Assembly (NCBI GenBank): GCA_905178155.1
Contig: CAJINV010000025.1
Location: forward strand, 164,453 to 228,452
DNA length: 64,000 nucleotides
Reading direction: 5' to 3'
DNA from: Amoebophrya sp. A120
Lineage: Eukaryota; Protista; Dinoflagellata
In this document: piece by piece, positions 12,802-25,483 of the stretch
How the letters are laid out: every line of letters begins with the position of its first letter
How positions within the stretch are numbered: the stretch's first letter is position 1
The notes under the pieces: model-generated
Database searches by the model: none
What the model was told of the DNA's origin: nothing
What the model saw: only the letters and a program-made list of their open reading frames with translations
Translations under genes and position numbers: made by a program

Positions 12802-15800
12802 ATGAAGCAACCCGTAGACGCGGATTTCTACGACCCCGAGCAAATGGGAACCAGCAAGCGCCTATGCTTTGCAAACATGTCTGGGTCTCGAAGATTGATG
12901 CAAGATTTCTTCTTCTTGTCACGCTTGCCTCGCATGATTAAGTAAGATTATTCATTGCATAAAATTATAAAACACACGCTTCCACGACGCTACAGCCGTT
13001 CACCTATAGGCCCCCGATGCCCTATCGATAGGGCAACTTCGTATCGGAGGCATCAGCATGCAGGTCGGGCAAAGATGAAATTGAAAAAGTTGCGAGGGCT
13101 TCAGCAAAAAACTTGCGCGGAAGGAAATTTCTCTTCGCCGCGTGCTACGCTGAATAAATTTTGCCTATAGATAGGCCTCTGAGAGCCTATAGTGTATAGG
13201 TTGGCTGGGTTCGTTCACCATGCCATGCAGGATTCGATATTTTTCTCAAAGCTTGACTTTGAAAAAAAAAAATGCAATGAGTTCATGCAAAACGCAATCA
13301 CAGTGGTATAGCCGTTCACCTATAGGCCTCCGAGGGCCTATAGATAGGGCAATCTTGTATCGAAGGCATCAGCATGCAGGTCGGGCAAAGATGAAATTGA
13401 AAAAGTTTCGAGGGCCTCAGCAAAAAACTTGCGCGGAAGGCAAATTTTCTTCGCCGCGTGCTACGCTGAATAAATTTTGCCTATAGATAGGCCTCTGAGA
13501 GCCTATAGGTTGGCTGGGTTCGTTCACCATGCCATGCAGGATTCGATATTTTTCCCAAAGCTTGAGTTGGAAAGAAAAAAGTGCAATGAGTTCATACAAA
13601 ACGCAATCACGGTGGTATAGCCGTTCACCTATAGGCCTCCGAGGGCCTATAGATAGGGCAACTTCGTATCGGAGGCATCAGCCTGCAGGTCGGGCAAAGA
13701 AGAAATTGAAAAAGTTGCGGGGGCTTCAGCAAAAAACTTGCGCGGAAGGCAATTTTTCTTCCCCGCGTGCTACGCTGAATAAATTTTGCCTATAGATAGG
13801 CCTCTGAGAGCCTATAGGTTGGCTGGGTTTGTTCTCCATGCCATGCAGGATTCGATATTTTTCTCAAAGCTTGACTTGGAAAGAAAAAAACGCAGTGAGT
13901 TCATGCAAAACGCAATCACGGTGGTATAGCCGTTCACCTATAGGCCTCCGAGGACCTATAGATAGGGTCACGCGGAGTCGGGCGCGTCAAGATTTAGGTC
14001 GGGCGTAGACAAATGTGAAAAAGTGACGCACTCCACAAAAAAAAGCGCGCATGTAGGGCATTCTTTTTTCGGCGCATGTTGTGCTGGATATTTTTTGCCT
14101 ATAGAGATACCCTTGAGACCCTATAGGCTGGCTCGGTATGGTCTCCTGACCGTGCAGAAAGTGAAAGCAGTAGGAAAATAAAAAATTTTTGGAAGCAAAA
14201 ACCGTATATGCGTGTGCACGATGAAAAGGTCCTTTTTATGTTTGTCATGCAGTAACGCAGTCTGTCATGCAAAATGCGCAAGCAGAAGTAGCTACGCAAA
14301 TGCTTCTCATGCTTGGGTGTGCGTTACACAGGTTCCATCTCGCTTATTCACCACGACCAATCTTCGACCACGGCTAGTACTCCGGATCGCAATCGATGGA
14401 GGGCGGGACCTGCACCGGCGACAGGCGCTACCCAACCAACCAACCAATCAAATATACAAACTTCTAGACCCAGATGGAGATTTGAAATGCATAGCGGCAA
14501 GCGGAGCCCCCACCCGACCTGGGGTTCGTCAAGTACGTGCTGAATTTATGAACTGCAAAAGTATCGTACTCGTATAAATGCATTACAAATTTGCTAAATA
14601 AAATTTGTAATGCGGGTTTGCCTCAAGAAAAAGATTTGTAATGCAAGACTTGCATTCATACGAATACGATACTTTTGCACAGGATAGAATTTTTTCGTTC
14701 CGCCATTGCTTGTCTTCCTCATCATCGCGCTGCTGTGTAACGTATCAACTGCAAATATGATGTCTGGCGTTGGAAAGATCTAAGGTCTGCCATGCTTGGC
14801 TAACATGACACGCAAGTCTGTCATGCGTGTTACCCAAAAAGAAAAACTACCCCACTTTCCTGTCATGCAGAAGCTCGCTTTGTCATGCAAAATAAACAAC
14901 ACTGTAAGCACCGCCAAAACTTGTCATGTTGGGCATTCAATTGAAGAGTCCGCGTCTTTCTCAAGCAGCATCATAAGTTTCCAGACCCAGACACTTCTGC
15001 TTTTGATATAAGGAGTCCAGGTACATCAAGCCTGCGGGCACAATTACGGTGGTGTCGGTGATTGTGGGCGTCTTCGGCGCTGTCGTGTTGTACCTCTTCT
15101 TCGTCGCCAGAAAGCACTATATCCAACGAAAAAAGTGTTACAGTTACACATTTGTAGTGAATTCAGCAACACAAATTTCTCTGCATGAGAGAGAGAGAAC
15201 TTGTAATGCGGAAATCCTACGGCTACCGGAAAACATTTATGAAACGAGGCTCCTATGCATACTTATCCGGCATGACAGAGCTTGTCTGTCCTGCTTGGCC
15301 TGCAAGACAGTGTGTAACTGTATACACTTTTTTCTTGCGATACACTACGCCACGGTCATCGTCCTGTTCGCCGCACTGTTTTACGGCTGCTTTGTCGGGG
15401 AGGGCATGTAATATTATTGGAAGAAATTATGGATCGAGTTGATGTTTCTGTTTGTGGTTCTCCATGTCACTTTGATTTTTCATGCTTGTACTAAGAAGAA
15501 GAAAACTGGTTCCGAGGATAGAATACTGAATTGCTTGAAAAAAAAATCCAACCACCAGATTCAAACACGAGTTGCGGCCACTGTATGCGTATCCGATACA
15601 AAATGATTTAGGGTAATCTGGACCATCAACATCTGGGGATCGAATGTGACTTGTTTTATCAACTCGAACACTGTGATGTAGTTTCTCTTTCTGTTCTCGA
15701 GCACCAGCTGCAGACCGCATGCTCTGAGGTCAGTAGACCCTGGTACATTTTACTTCCCGTAGTTGCATACTCCGATGCGGGCGATGCGCGAGCGCACGGG

Positions 15801-18086
15801 GATCGACGTCAGCAATACGGATGCGAAGTCCCTGCAGGACGCGGGGATTGTTTATTTCAAGGAGGACACTTTCGTGGATGTGAACCGTGGAATGAGCTAC
15901 CGTATGAAACGGAACATGTTGCAAAAGCTTGTCATGTGGAGGTACTTATACCAGCATGGCATGACAGAAGTAACAGCAGAGCAGCCTGCATTCATAAGCA
16001 TTTGATTTCTACTCCAGGATCGCAGGATAGATCTTGTCATGTTTTCTATCCCTATGTATTTGTAACTCGTACAAGATGATTTTTGTGACATCGTGTATAC
16101 ACTAGTCCGATGACGTCTACTGTGTGGCGCCAATCTCCCTGAAGAACGCGAACATCGGAGTCTACCAGTACTTATGAGAGAAGTGCACAACCCCCCTCGT
16201 CCCCCTCATTTGTATAGCATGAACAGCAATACAAACACGACCACAAGTGGAGCCTCTGCATGACAAGTTTGTGTGCCTCATGTAGAAGTACTGTTTGGGC
16301 TCCTTCCGGAATCTGTCAGGCATAATAGTGATACAAGGATGCAACTGGATTTGGGATTTTGCATGAGAAATAAGAACGAGGGGGGGTTGTGCATTGTCAT
16401 AGTACTTCGCGGTGGGCGTGAATTGTTGCCGCACCGGCGACCCCAGTTTCGAGGGATGCGGTAATAATTATGACTCTGTTGGGCATTTTGCATGACCAAT
16501 GCTGTTGCGCTTGTGGAACGTGCATGACAAAGAACTACAACACAACTAACTACAACTCTGCAGTCGACGCCCCGACGAAGATATCAAATGCAAAAGTGTC
16601 TGGGTCTGGAAGGTCACAACTTGTGATGCTGTCTGTGGATTCTAAACAAAATTTGTATTGCATGACCCGCAAGAGGGGTCGGGTTTGTCCTAGGTGGAGA
16701 GGGCATTTCTCATGCGGTAGAGGTATCACAAACCCCTCTAAAAATCTGTGATGCTACGGCATGCATCACAGACATCATGGCTCATGGAAAATATGCATGA
16801 CAAATCTAGAAATCTTCCAGACCCAGACATTTTTGCATTTGATAGAAGACAGCCGGCAACGCGAGGCCAGTGAAAGCGGGCATGCGGGTGGTCTTTATCC
16901 AGGAAAAAAACTTTTTTTAGTGTACTAACGGTCTTCCAGTAGCAGCTTGACAAATTTCAATTTGCTCTGCATGTCAGAGAAACTCTCTCATGCATGGCTA
17001 GTACGTGAAAACCAAAAGCAAAACGCGTGTGAGAATGAGACTTCATTGCTGTCTGGCATGACAAGTGTAAGTTGTAAATGCGTCTTCTGCATGACAGATT
17101 TACACTATCACAGTTTTTTTCATGGGATAGCGTTCCCCGAGCAACTGCCGTACTACCGGCTCGCAGTGGAGCAAGCCGAGGCAGAGTACAACTTTCAAGC
17201 GAGTTATGCAAGAAAAAAACACCATCACAATCACGTTTAGCTGATTTTGCCTCACAAATTTGTGTCGCATGACAAACTTTTCTTGTATTGCAAAAACATG
17301 AAGGAAAGTCCCCCTCCCCTGTGTATATTAAACACAGGGGACTTTCCTTCATGTTTTTCTATAACTACAGTCAAGACTTATACTATAAGTCTTGACTGTG
17401 ATGCATTTTTGCGCATGACGTATTGCAAAAATGTGCAAAAGTGATTGCGATGGTGTTTTTTTCTTGCATACGAGTTCCGAGCAGCTGCTGTTTTTTCACT
17501 TCGTCAAGGACCCCGTCGCGGAAGTGCTCAACTTCGAGCAGTATTAACTGCAAAAGCATCGTACTAACTAGTAGTGATTGCAATTATAGTACAAATTAGG
17601 TTAGCATGACATATCGAATTTGTCATGCTGATCGCGCTTGGGAAGGAGATTTGTCGTGCATAATTGCGATTACACCGAGTGCGATATTACTTTTGCACTG
17701 CATAAGCAGCGCGGCCTGGTCGACCGGGTGCGGGCAAACACGATGTTCTCCCTAGCGAACTTTCTGCTCGCGCTATCCTGTGTAAAAAGGTTCCCACCCC
17801 AGAGTTGTCATGCAGATTTGCGATCACAGGAACATTTGTCATGCGCATCCCCAAGGGAGGCACGTCCAATCGTGTTTTCGCATTTGTAATGCTGCAAACA
17901 GGATAAGCGGATGGATTTAAGATGCGCTTGTCCTTGCCAACATGCACTACACTACGGACTGCAACTTGTCATGCGTAGCTCCCAAAACTTCTGGACTTGT
18001 GTTGCTAAGTTCCCAACTTGACTATGGGGTGGGGACGTTTTTACATATGATGCGCGCCGTTCCTGACCTGGGCGATAACGTCGTAA
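12802..18086 (+). CDS. Conserved alveolate-type multi-pass membrane protein with a Cys-rich luminal domain, about 14 exons
   Basis: Joined exons read MKQPVDADFYDPEQMGTSKR/QAEPPPDLGFVKYVLN/FFVPPLLVF...DAGIVYF...DDVYCVAPI...QY/FAVGVNCC...AGMRVVF/PEQLPYYRLAVEQAEAEY...LLFFHFVKDP...TWAITS*. Junctions near 15405-15763 and 15903-16105 are not fully resolved. One GT-AG intron at 16461-16563. Confidence 0.7.
12863..14493. mobile_element. Giant introner, family A, carrying a satellite array
   Basis: Degenerate family-A TIRs 1631 bp apart; DR gcgcc/gcggc; removal joins exons in frame. Confidence 0.8.
12975..14130. repeat. Tandem satellite, about 309-bp unit, about 3.7 copies, inside introner 12863-14493
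   Basis: AGCCGTTCACCTATAGG recurs at about 12995, 13310, 13619 and 13928. Near-identical ORFs at 13220 and 13529 are offset by 309. Confidence 0.92.
14547..14686. mobile_element. Introner, family C
   Basis: Family TIRs; DR gaatt/gaatt. Confidence 0.92.
14743..15008. mobile_element. Introner, family A
   Basis: Family TIRs; DR taacg/taagg. Confidence 0.88.
15120..15342. mobile_element. Introner, family G
   Basis: TIR TATC....GAAAAAAGTGTTACAGTTACACA; DR cacta/cacta. Confidence 0.92.
16173..16401. mobile_element. Introner, family B
   Basis: Family TIRs; DR gtact/gtact. Confidence 0.92.
16582..16844. mobile_element. Introner, family A
   Basis: Near-perfect 30-bp TIR; DR gaaga/gaaga. Confidence 0.94.
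16896..17129. mobile_element. Introner, family G-like
   Basis: TATCCAGGAAAAAAAC...GTTTTTTTCATGGGATA; DR gtctt/gcgtt. Confidence 0.8.
17205..17470. mobile_element. Introner, family H
   Basis: TIR TATGCAAGAAAAAAACACCATC.CAATCAC; DR cgagt/cgagt. Confidence 0.92.
17542..17704. mobile_element. Introner, family C variant
   Basis: Family TIRs; DR agcag/agcag. Confidence 0.9.
17774..18052. mobile_element. Introner, family D
   Basis: Family TIRs (3' end ATG); DR cgcgc/cgcgc. Confidence 0.9.
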
Positions 18087-18991
18087 GACTGAAGAACACT
18101 GCTGGTTTCGAACATGATTTCAATCGTACGAAACAAACCTCCCACTACCTCAACCATGATTTTCCGTTTCAAAAAATTTAATGAAAAGAAGGCCTAGCGG
18201 TGTAATACTAATAAGTAGATTAGTACTCGCTCCGCCCGGGGCTGCGTACTGTGGAGACGATGAAAGCGATCCCAAAAACAAATGCGAAGCAAAAAGTCTC
18301 ACTTTCAGCGACCTCCGTGTTCCGCCAACATCTAGCTGTGTAGTTTAGTCAATGACAATCTGAAAAGCTTGGTGGAATTCGAATTAGGAATCCACACGCA
18401 CTTTTTGAGTGCAAGTTCCTGTTTTGTTTTTTTCGGAAGCAGCTGCAACGAAAACGAATCTCTTGGCCACCATCTTAGTTGTAAGTACTTGTTGTGTCCA
18501 GTTTGGAATCATCTCGGCTCTCAGTTCACGAGCAATCTCTCCAACCAGTCCGAATTTGAAATCGATGAAGAACATAGTCCAGTAACTAGTCACATAGACA
18601 TAAATAGAGATGAAAGGAAAACAAGCAACTACACGGGTGGTAAGTACTTGAAGATGTCAGCACACGAATCAGTAGAAATAGTAGGAGTCGTGCTCGTGTG
18701 AACATGTGTGGAAAAGTTTAGTTGTCCCGGAAGATCTTTGGGCCTGCTTTTGTTGAAAAGATGATCTTCAACATCTCCTCGCGCTGCGCTTCTCTACTTT
18801 AAGCAAGCAGTCGCGTCACGCTTACTTGATCGAGAAGTCCGCCCTACAAGTGTCAACCCGTTCATCGCCTGTGCGAGTAAGCCTCCCTCCGCGAGGTCGC
18901 AAAACACACGCGGCGAAGAGAACTTACCTATCTACTATCTTCAGCAACATCTACATCTTGATCTTCCAGCAGGAGCAGTGGCAGCGCCAGC

Positions 18992-21900
18992 ATGGATCGA
19001 TACAGCAACAACGGTAGTGCTACTAGTAGAGCTGGTCGGGCGTACGCGCCCCGAGACATTCATCTCCGAGAAGATTACCAGCAGAACATGATGAACACCA
19101 GTGATGCAACAACATCTTCAAATCCCGCGCGAACCGGTGGGGGACCACAACATCGTGATGATTTTGGTTCATCTGACCAAAACTACAACACGGCAAGACG
19201 TGGCAATGGTGGAGCTGGCCCTCCTGCAAGTTCGTCCAGCAGCCGCGGCGGCAGAAACACTAATGGGAACAATATGAACCCACAGACACGGTCTAGTACT
19301 TCCTTTTTCAGTCGCGAACAACCCCGGGCCTTCGACCCGCCATTGCGGTTAGGTCCGGAATATGACCCACCGGTCTTGCCCGGTCCGGATAATTACACTT
19401 CTTCATCGCATCGCCGAGCCTTATTGACTGGGCAGCACCGCGACCCCGATTTGTCGCACGGCTTTGCGGGGGTCGAGACCTTTTCCCACCGCCGAAGCCC
19501 CCGCCGCGATCTGGATCTCTACGAAGAGCTGGCGCACCGGCAGTTTCGGGGGGGCACCATGGACAACGCGGGGGGGAAGGGACGCCGGGGCGGGGGAGCG
19601 GCCGGGGGTAGTGGATGGAACGGCGGTCGTGGGGCATATGAGAGTGCACAACTCCCCCTCCCCCTCATTTGTGTTCTTGCATGAGCAGCAACACAAGCGC
19701 TGGCAAAGATGCAGCTTTTGCATGTCAAATTCCTAGAGGATTGTCGTGCTGCTTAGGATCTCGGAATCTGTCATGCAAGCAGTGCTAACAGGCAAAGTGT
19801 GGATTTGGAAATTTGCATCACAAATGAGGGCGAGGGGGGGTTGTGCACTTTCATACGGCAACTGGTACTTCTATTAGTAGGCCTACCGCGGAGGCGGTCG
19901 AAATAAAGCATCGTAGATCTCCTCGTCCTCCTGCTGTCCCGCCGTCTGCGCAGGATGAACAAATGAGTAGTGCCAAAAGTCGCGGTCTTCTCCCCGAAGA
20001 ACATGTTCTTGACGAGGAGCCACTTCCCGCTGCCGTGACGGACGCAGCTCTGGTCTTAACGGAGTACCTGGCGAGCAGGGCCAGGTCGTCCCCACGCGAG
20101 GATATTGCCGGCCGCAAGAGTGAACGAAGTCTACGATCCTCGCCAAGAAATGATGGACAAGCAGACGATAGTACTACCAGGGGCGTTCGTGAAGATTTTT
20201 ACCACGGTCCTCGCCACAGGGATAATGAAGATGAACAAGTAGCTGATCGCAACAACTTCTACAGTCGGTCTCCGCACGACAATCCTGATGGCAGTCGACC
20301 TGCCTCGCAGCGCGAGGTTGTGCGTGACGCTTGTCTTGAGCTCATCGCCCGGAAAATTGCACTAGATTTGGAACTATGGATTGCAAAAGCATCGCACTCT
20401 AGTAGTAATTCTTGCAATACAAACTTCTAGCGCAGCATCTTCATGATGATTGAACAAGAGCGGTGGAATCATCTGTGATGCCGATCTAGCTTGGAAAAAA
20501 CATTTGTCATGCATCATATCATTGCGACTACTACGAGTGCGATACGGTACTTTTGCACTGCATAAGCCCGGGAGGACTTCGTTCCAGCCTCTTCCGCAAA
20601 TAACAGAAGCCTGCGACCGTCCCCACGCGATCATGTTAGTGATCACGACGTTCTTGGACCACCACGGGCTTCGCGGTCAGGAAGAAATGAAGACGGGTAC
20701 TATTATAAAAAGCGTACACGAGGAGGACGTGGCGGGGGTGGGCGACGTAGCAAGTCTCCTACTTCCACCGCACTGGTCGAGGATCAGAATATTAACAATT
20801 CTTCCCGTGGAGGTCCAAATGCAGGTCGCCCTTCCCCCCGTGCTGGGGCCGATAAGGAACTGCACCCGCTTCGTCCTGGAGCTGGAGCTGGGAGTAGTAG
20901 CTCATCCTCTTCTTCTTCGTCTTTCCAGCGTCAGCAGTTGCGACACGAGTTTTTACAACAGCCAAGATCTTCGCCCCGTGATGATGAACTAGAAAGGCGT
21001 CGCGCTGCCTATGACCTGCTCAGAGGCTGTTCCAATCTCAAAAAATTTGTATTGCAGAAAGCGGAGCGGTTTGTGTGTCTCGTCTCATGCAGATCATGCA
21101 AGAAGTAGAAGACAAAAACAAAATGCAGACTTTATTGCAACGTTTGAGATTGTTCTAACACCTGAGAAACTTATACTGTCGAGCTTGATGACTTCTTGAA
21201 CGCACACGATGAATACAGCCTCTATCCCACGAAAAAACTGTTTCACTGTGATGCTTTTGCAAGATCTGCATCACAAGTTTGTTACACATGAGGACACAGA
21301 AAATCTGCCATGCGCGCTTCCCAAAGGAGAGTGCTTCTAAAAGTCCAATGTCTTGCGGGTGTAGCAAGACAAATACTCCTGCGTTCCATTCTATGCATCA
21401 CAAGTTCACAGTGAAACAGTTTTTTCTTGTGACAGCCTCCAACCGGTCTCCAATCCTCCGCCGTTCCCAGAAATAAACCGGAAAAACCGGCTATCCTGTG
21501 CAAAAGTATCGTACTCGTATTGCAATCATGCATTACAAATCTTTCTCTTGAGGTAAATCCGCATTACAAATTTCCTCTCTCATGCTGAGGAAATTTGTAA
21601 TGCATTTATACGAGTACGATACTTTTGCAGTTCATACCGGCTATCAAAATGAAGAATCCCTGCACCCCATACTCAAACTGGAAATTTGTGATGCTGATTT
21701 GTGACCGCGAGTCGTGTTGTCATGCTAATAGATGTAGACGCTGTAGGTCTGGCTGGCGTGGGAAAGCCTTGCATGTTCAGCATGACAGGAGGCAGCTGGA
21801 AGTGGGAAACAGCATGACAAATTGCTTACAAACAACGCCGCAACTGCGTCTCTTGCTCTTGTAGCAATACAAACGGCACGCGTTTCTTTGTGTACGGCGC

Positions 21901-24900
21901 AGATCCAGCATTACAAATTAGATAGCGAATGATGAAAAATTTGCGAGCCAATAAAAAAAATCCAGCATTACAAATTTCCTGTCCGATAATCCGGGGAGGT
22001 GGGATTCATTTTTCCTTTCAATACCGGCCCCCACCGCCCCCACCACCGGGAACAGGGATGAAAGGCTACAAAAGTCGCCCGAGCTACATCGGTTCTCTCG
22101 CTCTGGAAAACGATAAAGCTCCTGTGGGTAGCACAACCACGACGGCGAAAGGTGGATACAAAGGCAGCGCTACTTCATCTACTTCCCGGGCTGCACCAGC
22201 TGGTACCCACCTCAGCCCCTTGGCGGAAGACGTTTCTACCAGCGGACCTCCACGCGGTAAAGGCTACAAATCCCGACCGTCCTACATCGGATCTGCGGCC
22301 CTTCTTGCTAGCGTCGAGGGTAGTGGTAGCAGCTGGAATATCAAATGTAAAAGTGTCTGGGTCTGGAAACTTGTGATGCTGGGTGGCGTCTCATGATGAC
22401 GCCACAAGTGCTGGCTCAGCATGACAAGTTTCTGAGCTTCTAGGTGTTGCCTATTCTGCATGACAAACTGCGCTTCTGCATCACCGAAAAATAGGGCTCT
22501 TGGGTAACATGCATGACAGACTAAGGGGTCATGCTGGCAGAGCATGACAGACCGTCCATTCTTCCAGACCCAGGCATTTTTACATTTGATATGGAACACC
22601 CCAGCCAGAGGCTCGCCGCGGGATGATAACTTAGTGAATGACCCGCCCTCGTCGTCGTCGTACACGACTGGCCGCTATTCCCCGACGAACAATAATATTA
22701 AAGGGGCGAACAACAGAAGCACGAAAGGTTCATCTGCTCGCACGAGTGCCACGACCTACAACACCGCTGCCAGATCTCCGGGAGGAGCAGCCTATAAAGA
22801 TTTCGATGCAGTAGATAAAAACTCTTCTTCTTCGAGAACTATGCAGTCCTCGTCCAAGGACAGCCACTACTCGTCGGCGCCTTCGTCCTCCCCAGGCGGG
22901 CATCAAACAAGCCACGATAATTTGTACAGCCATTTCAATAGGGAAAAAACCAGCAAAATGACGAGTTCATTGGAAGACGTACACCACGAAAGAAGCAGCT
23001 TCAACACCACGTCGACACCTTCAGCGCAAAACAGTCGGAGCAACACAAAGGAGAGTGGGCTCTTTCATGTGCCGGTATGGATTGCAAAAATGTCTGGGTC
23101 TGGAAGAGTGTAAGCTTGTCATGGAGGTTTTCGATGACCCATGAGGTCTGGAATGCGGGACCTAGCATGACAGAGTCTGTGAGGTCTCTGCCATGCTATC
23201 CTGCATGAGAAACTGCCCTCCAACTTGGTCGAAAGTCGACAGCTTTTGGCATTCATGCAGCACAGATTTTTGCATTATTCGGATTTAGCATGACGAGTTG
23301 TAATCTTCCAGACCCAGACTCAGACATTTTTGCACTCCATAGCCGGCCGGGCGGAACGACTACGACAGCAAGAGGAGCGGCCGCGGCAACGACGAGCAGG
23401 AAAAATACAACCGCAACTCCGCCTACCAGCATGAGGATTCAAGAATTTATTTATCCGCATCCCCCGCCTCCAAGAACGTGTACCAAAAAACCAGCAGCAA
23501 GGAGAGCAATTCGTCGAGCAGTGCTTTTGGTAAAAAATCTCTCGTCCATCCGCACAGCGCCAGCGGAGGTTTAATTCCACGTGCAGCACGAGGGCCTAGT
23601 GAGATGAAGAACTCAAGGCATGATGTTCATCGCGCGACCACGTCGTCGAGTAGTAAAAACAAAAATAACCGGGCAACTTCCAGGGACAGTGTATTGCAGG
23701 CACTGAACCTGCAGCCGGCCTCCAAAGGGTTCGATGCGGATAATATCGTGAGGAAAAATCCCCCCTTTCCATACCGCAAAGGGATACTTCTGAAAATTTG
23801 CGATGCTGATTTGTGGCCACAAATCGTCTCGGTATTGCAAGAAGGCCAAGCCAGAGACTCCGCCGCATTATGCAGGCGGTTTCTGATGCTATGGGGCCTA
23901 CAGAGTTGTACACATTTTCCATGCTACGCGCCTACGTCAAAACCCTTCTACTTAGGCCCAGGCATGGACCTGCAGTCCTCTACTGCAATACAGACCTGAT
24001 TCGTGTAAGTACCCGAATCCAGCATCAGCAACTTCCTTTTGATATGGGGAAGGGGGGTTTTTCCTTGTGATAGGTAATTTCTGGAGTCCGACGCTGGACG
24101 GGATGACGTTACAAAATCATCCACGACCTCTATCCTGTGCAAAAGTATCGTATTCGTAGTAATCGCAAACATGCATTACAAATCTTGCTCTTAAGGTAAA
24201 CCTGCATTACAAATTTTATTTCTCATGCTGAGGAAATTTGTGATGCAATAGCAATTCATACTAGTACGATGCTTTTGCAGTTCATAACCTCCACCTCTAG
24301 CTGATATCAACAGAGACATGAATAAAGCTCCAAAGACCTCCTCCTCCTCTGACTTTGTGGACGAGCAGCTGCAGATAGATCATGCACAGCCGACGGACAC
24401 AAAAATGAAAATCGTCCACGGGGACCACCACGAGGAGCAGGCTCCGGGTCAACAAGAAGAGGGAGATGCCTACACCTCCGACGGGGACCACACGGGTTCC
24501 TCGTCAGAAGAAAGCGAAGAAATTTTCGACGCGAAAGAGGCACGATATCCTGTTTAAAAACGCCCTACCCCGCCGTCAAGATGGAAATTCTGCAACACAA
24601 ATCCAGACGTTTTGGGAGTCACGCATGACAGGTTGCACTGTGTAGGGCAGTGCAGGTTAGTAGGGACAGCCGCATTACAAATCCATCTAATCATCCTACT
24701 CACAGCATCACAAATTCCAAAACACGACTGAAAATGCTTGTCATGAAGATGCGCATCAAAAATATTCCTGCCATTGCAAATCTGCATGACGACTCTGGAC
24801 TGGGGACGTTTTTCCACAGGATACACGGAGGAAACACGAGGCCTGGTTTGACGAGTGCATGAAAAGGTTTGCGGTGAAAACCGTGCTCCCGCATATCAGC

Positions 24901-25483
24901 CAGACGAATGCTTCCTCGACTGGGGCCACTCCATATCCACCGAGTGCACAATTCCCCCTCCCCCTCATTTGTAAATGCAAAATAACAAATCGAATCCACA
25001 CCATACGTTGAAGCACTGTCTGCATGACAAATTTTCGAACCTGAAACAGTACTACAACTGATGTGCAGAGTTGACATGCGGAAGGCCCATTGCTGTATCT
25101 GTCGAACGTTGCTTATGTTGCCGCCTATGCATAATACAAATGAGGGGAACTACGAGGGGGAGCTATGTGCATTGTCATACCCCAGTCGCGTCGTCCTCGA
25201 GTGGTGCAGCGTCTTCGGGAAATACGAAATGGAACAAACCGAAGCTGCCGAAGAAGGAAGACTATGCAATGCAAAAGCATCTTACTAAGTAGTATAATTA
25301 AATTGCATCACAAATTAGCCCAGCACTACAAACTTATATTTGTATTGCGGATTTACCTTGAAAAAGGTAAAGGGATTTGTATTGCATGAATGCAATTACT
25401 ACGAGTACGATACTTTTGCACAGGATAAAGACGTCCTCTCGACGATACAGGAATCGCTTACGCATCTGTCAAGGAACCGGTGA
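18992..25483 (+). CDS. Large low-complexity Ser/Arg/Gly/Pro-rich hypothetical protein interrupted by 13 introners
   Basis: ORF-track fragments 18992, 19843, 21929, 22544, 23478 and 24318 join into one frame when each element plus 5 nt is removed. Stop TGA at 25481-25483. Confidence 0.7.
19637..19855. mobile_element. Introner, family B
   Basis: Family TIRs; DR gggca/cggca. Confidence 0.9.
20375..20564. mobile_element. Introner, family C variant
   Basis: Family TIRs; DR decayed (ggaac/agccc) but element+5 removal keeps the frame. Confidence 0.82.
21010..21175. mobile_element. Introner, family I (degenerate TIR)
   Basis: TAT...ATA ends; DR ctgcc/ctgtc; frame kept. Confidence 0.75.
21223..21434. 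mobile_element. Introner, family G-like
   Basis: TIR GAAAAAACTGTTTCACTGTGA; DR gcctc/gcctc. Confidence 0.9.
21492..21636. mobile_element. Introner, family C (first of a back-to-back pair)
   Basis: Family TIRs; DR ccggc/ccggc. Confidence 0.92.
21642..22023. mobile_element. Introner, family E (second of a back-to-back pair)
   Basis: Family TIRs; DR ccggc/ccggc. Confidence 0.9.
22339..22591. mobile_element. Introner, family A
   Basis: Family TIRs; DR tggaa/tggaa. Confidence 0.93.
23076..23341. mobile_element. Introner, family A
   Basis: Family TIRs; DR gccgg/gccgg. Confidence 0.92.
23744..24072. mobile_element. Introner, family E
   Basis: Family TIRs; DR gataa/ggtaa. Confidence 0.9.
24131..24286. 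mobile_element. Introner, family C
   Basis: Family TIRs; DR acctc/acctc. Confidence 0.92.
24546..24823. mobile_element. Introner, family D
   Basis: Family TIRs; DR cacga/cacgg. Confidence 0.9.
24934..25179. mobile_element. Introner, family B
   Basis: Degenerate family TIRs; DR ctcca/cccca. Confidence 0.85.
25263..25427. mobile_element. Introner, family C
   Basis: Family TIRs; DR aagac/aagac. Confidence 0.92.

Noticed and set aside
12955-13795. Three similar short ORFs as a tandem gene family, or the array as a CRISPR
   Set aside because: They are translations of a 309-bp satellite with no unique spacers, no cas genes and a eukaryotic context.
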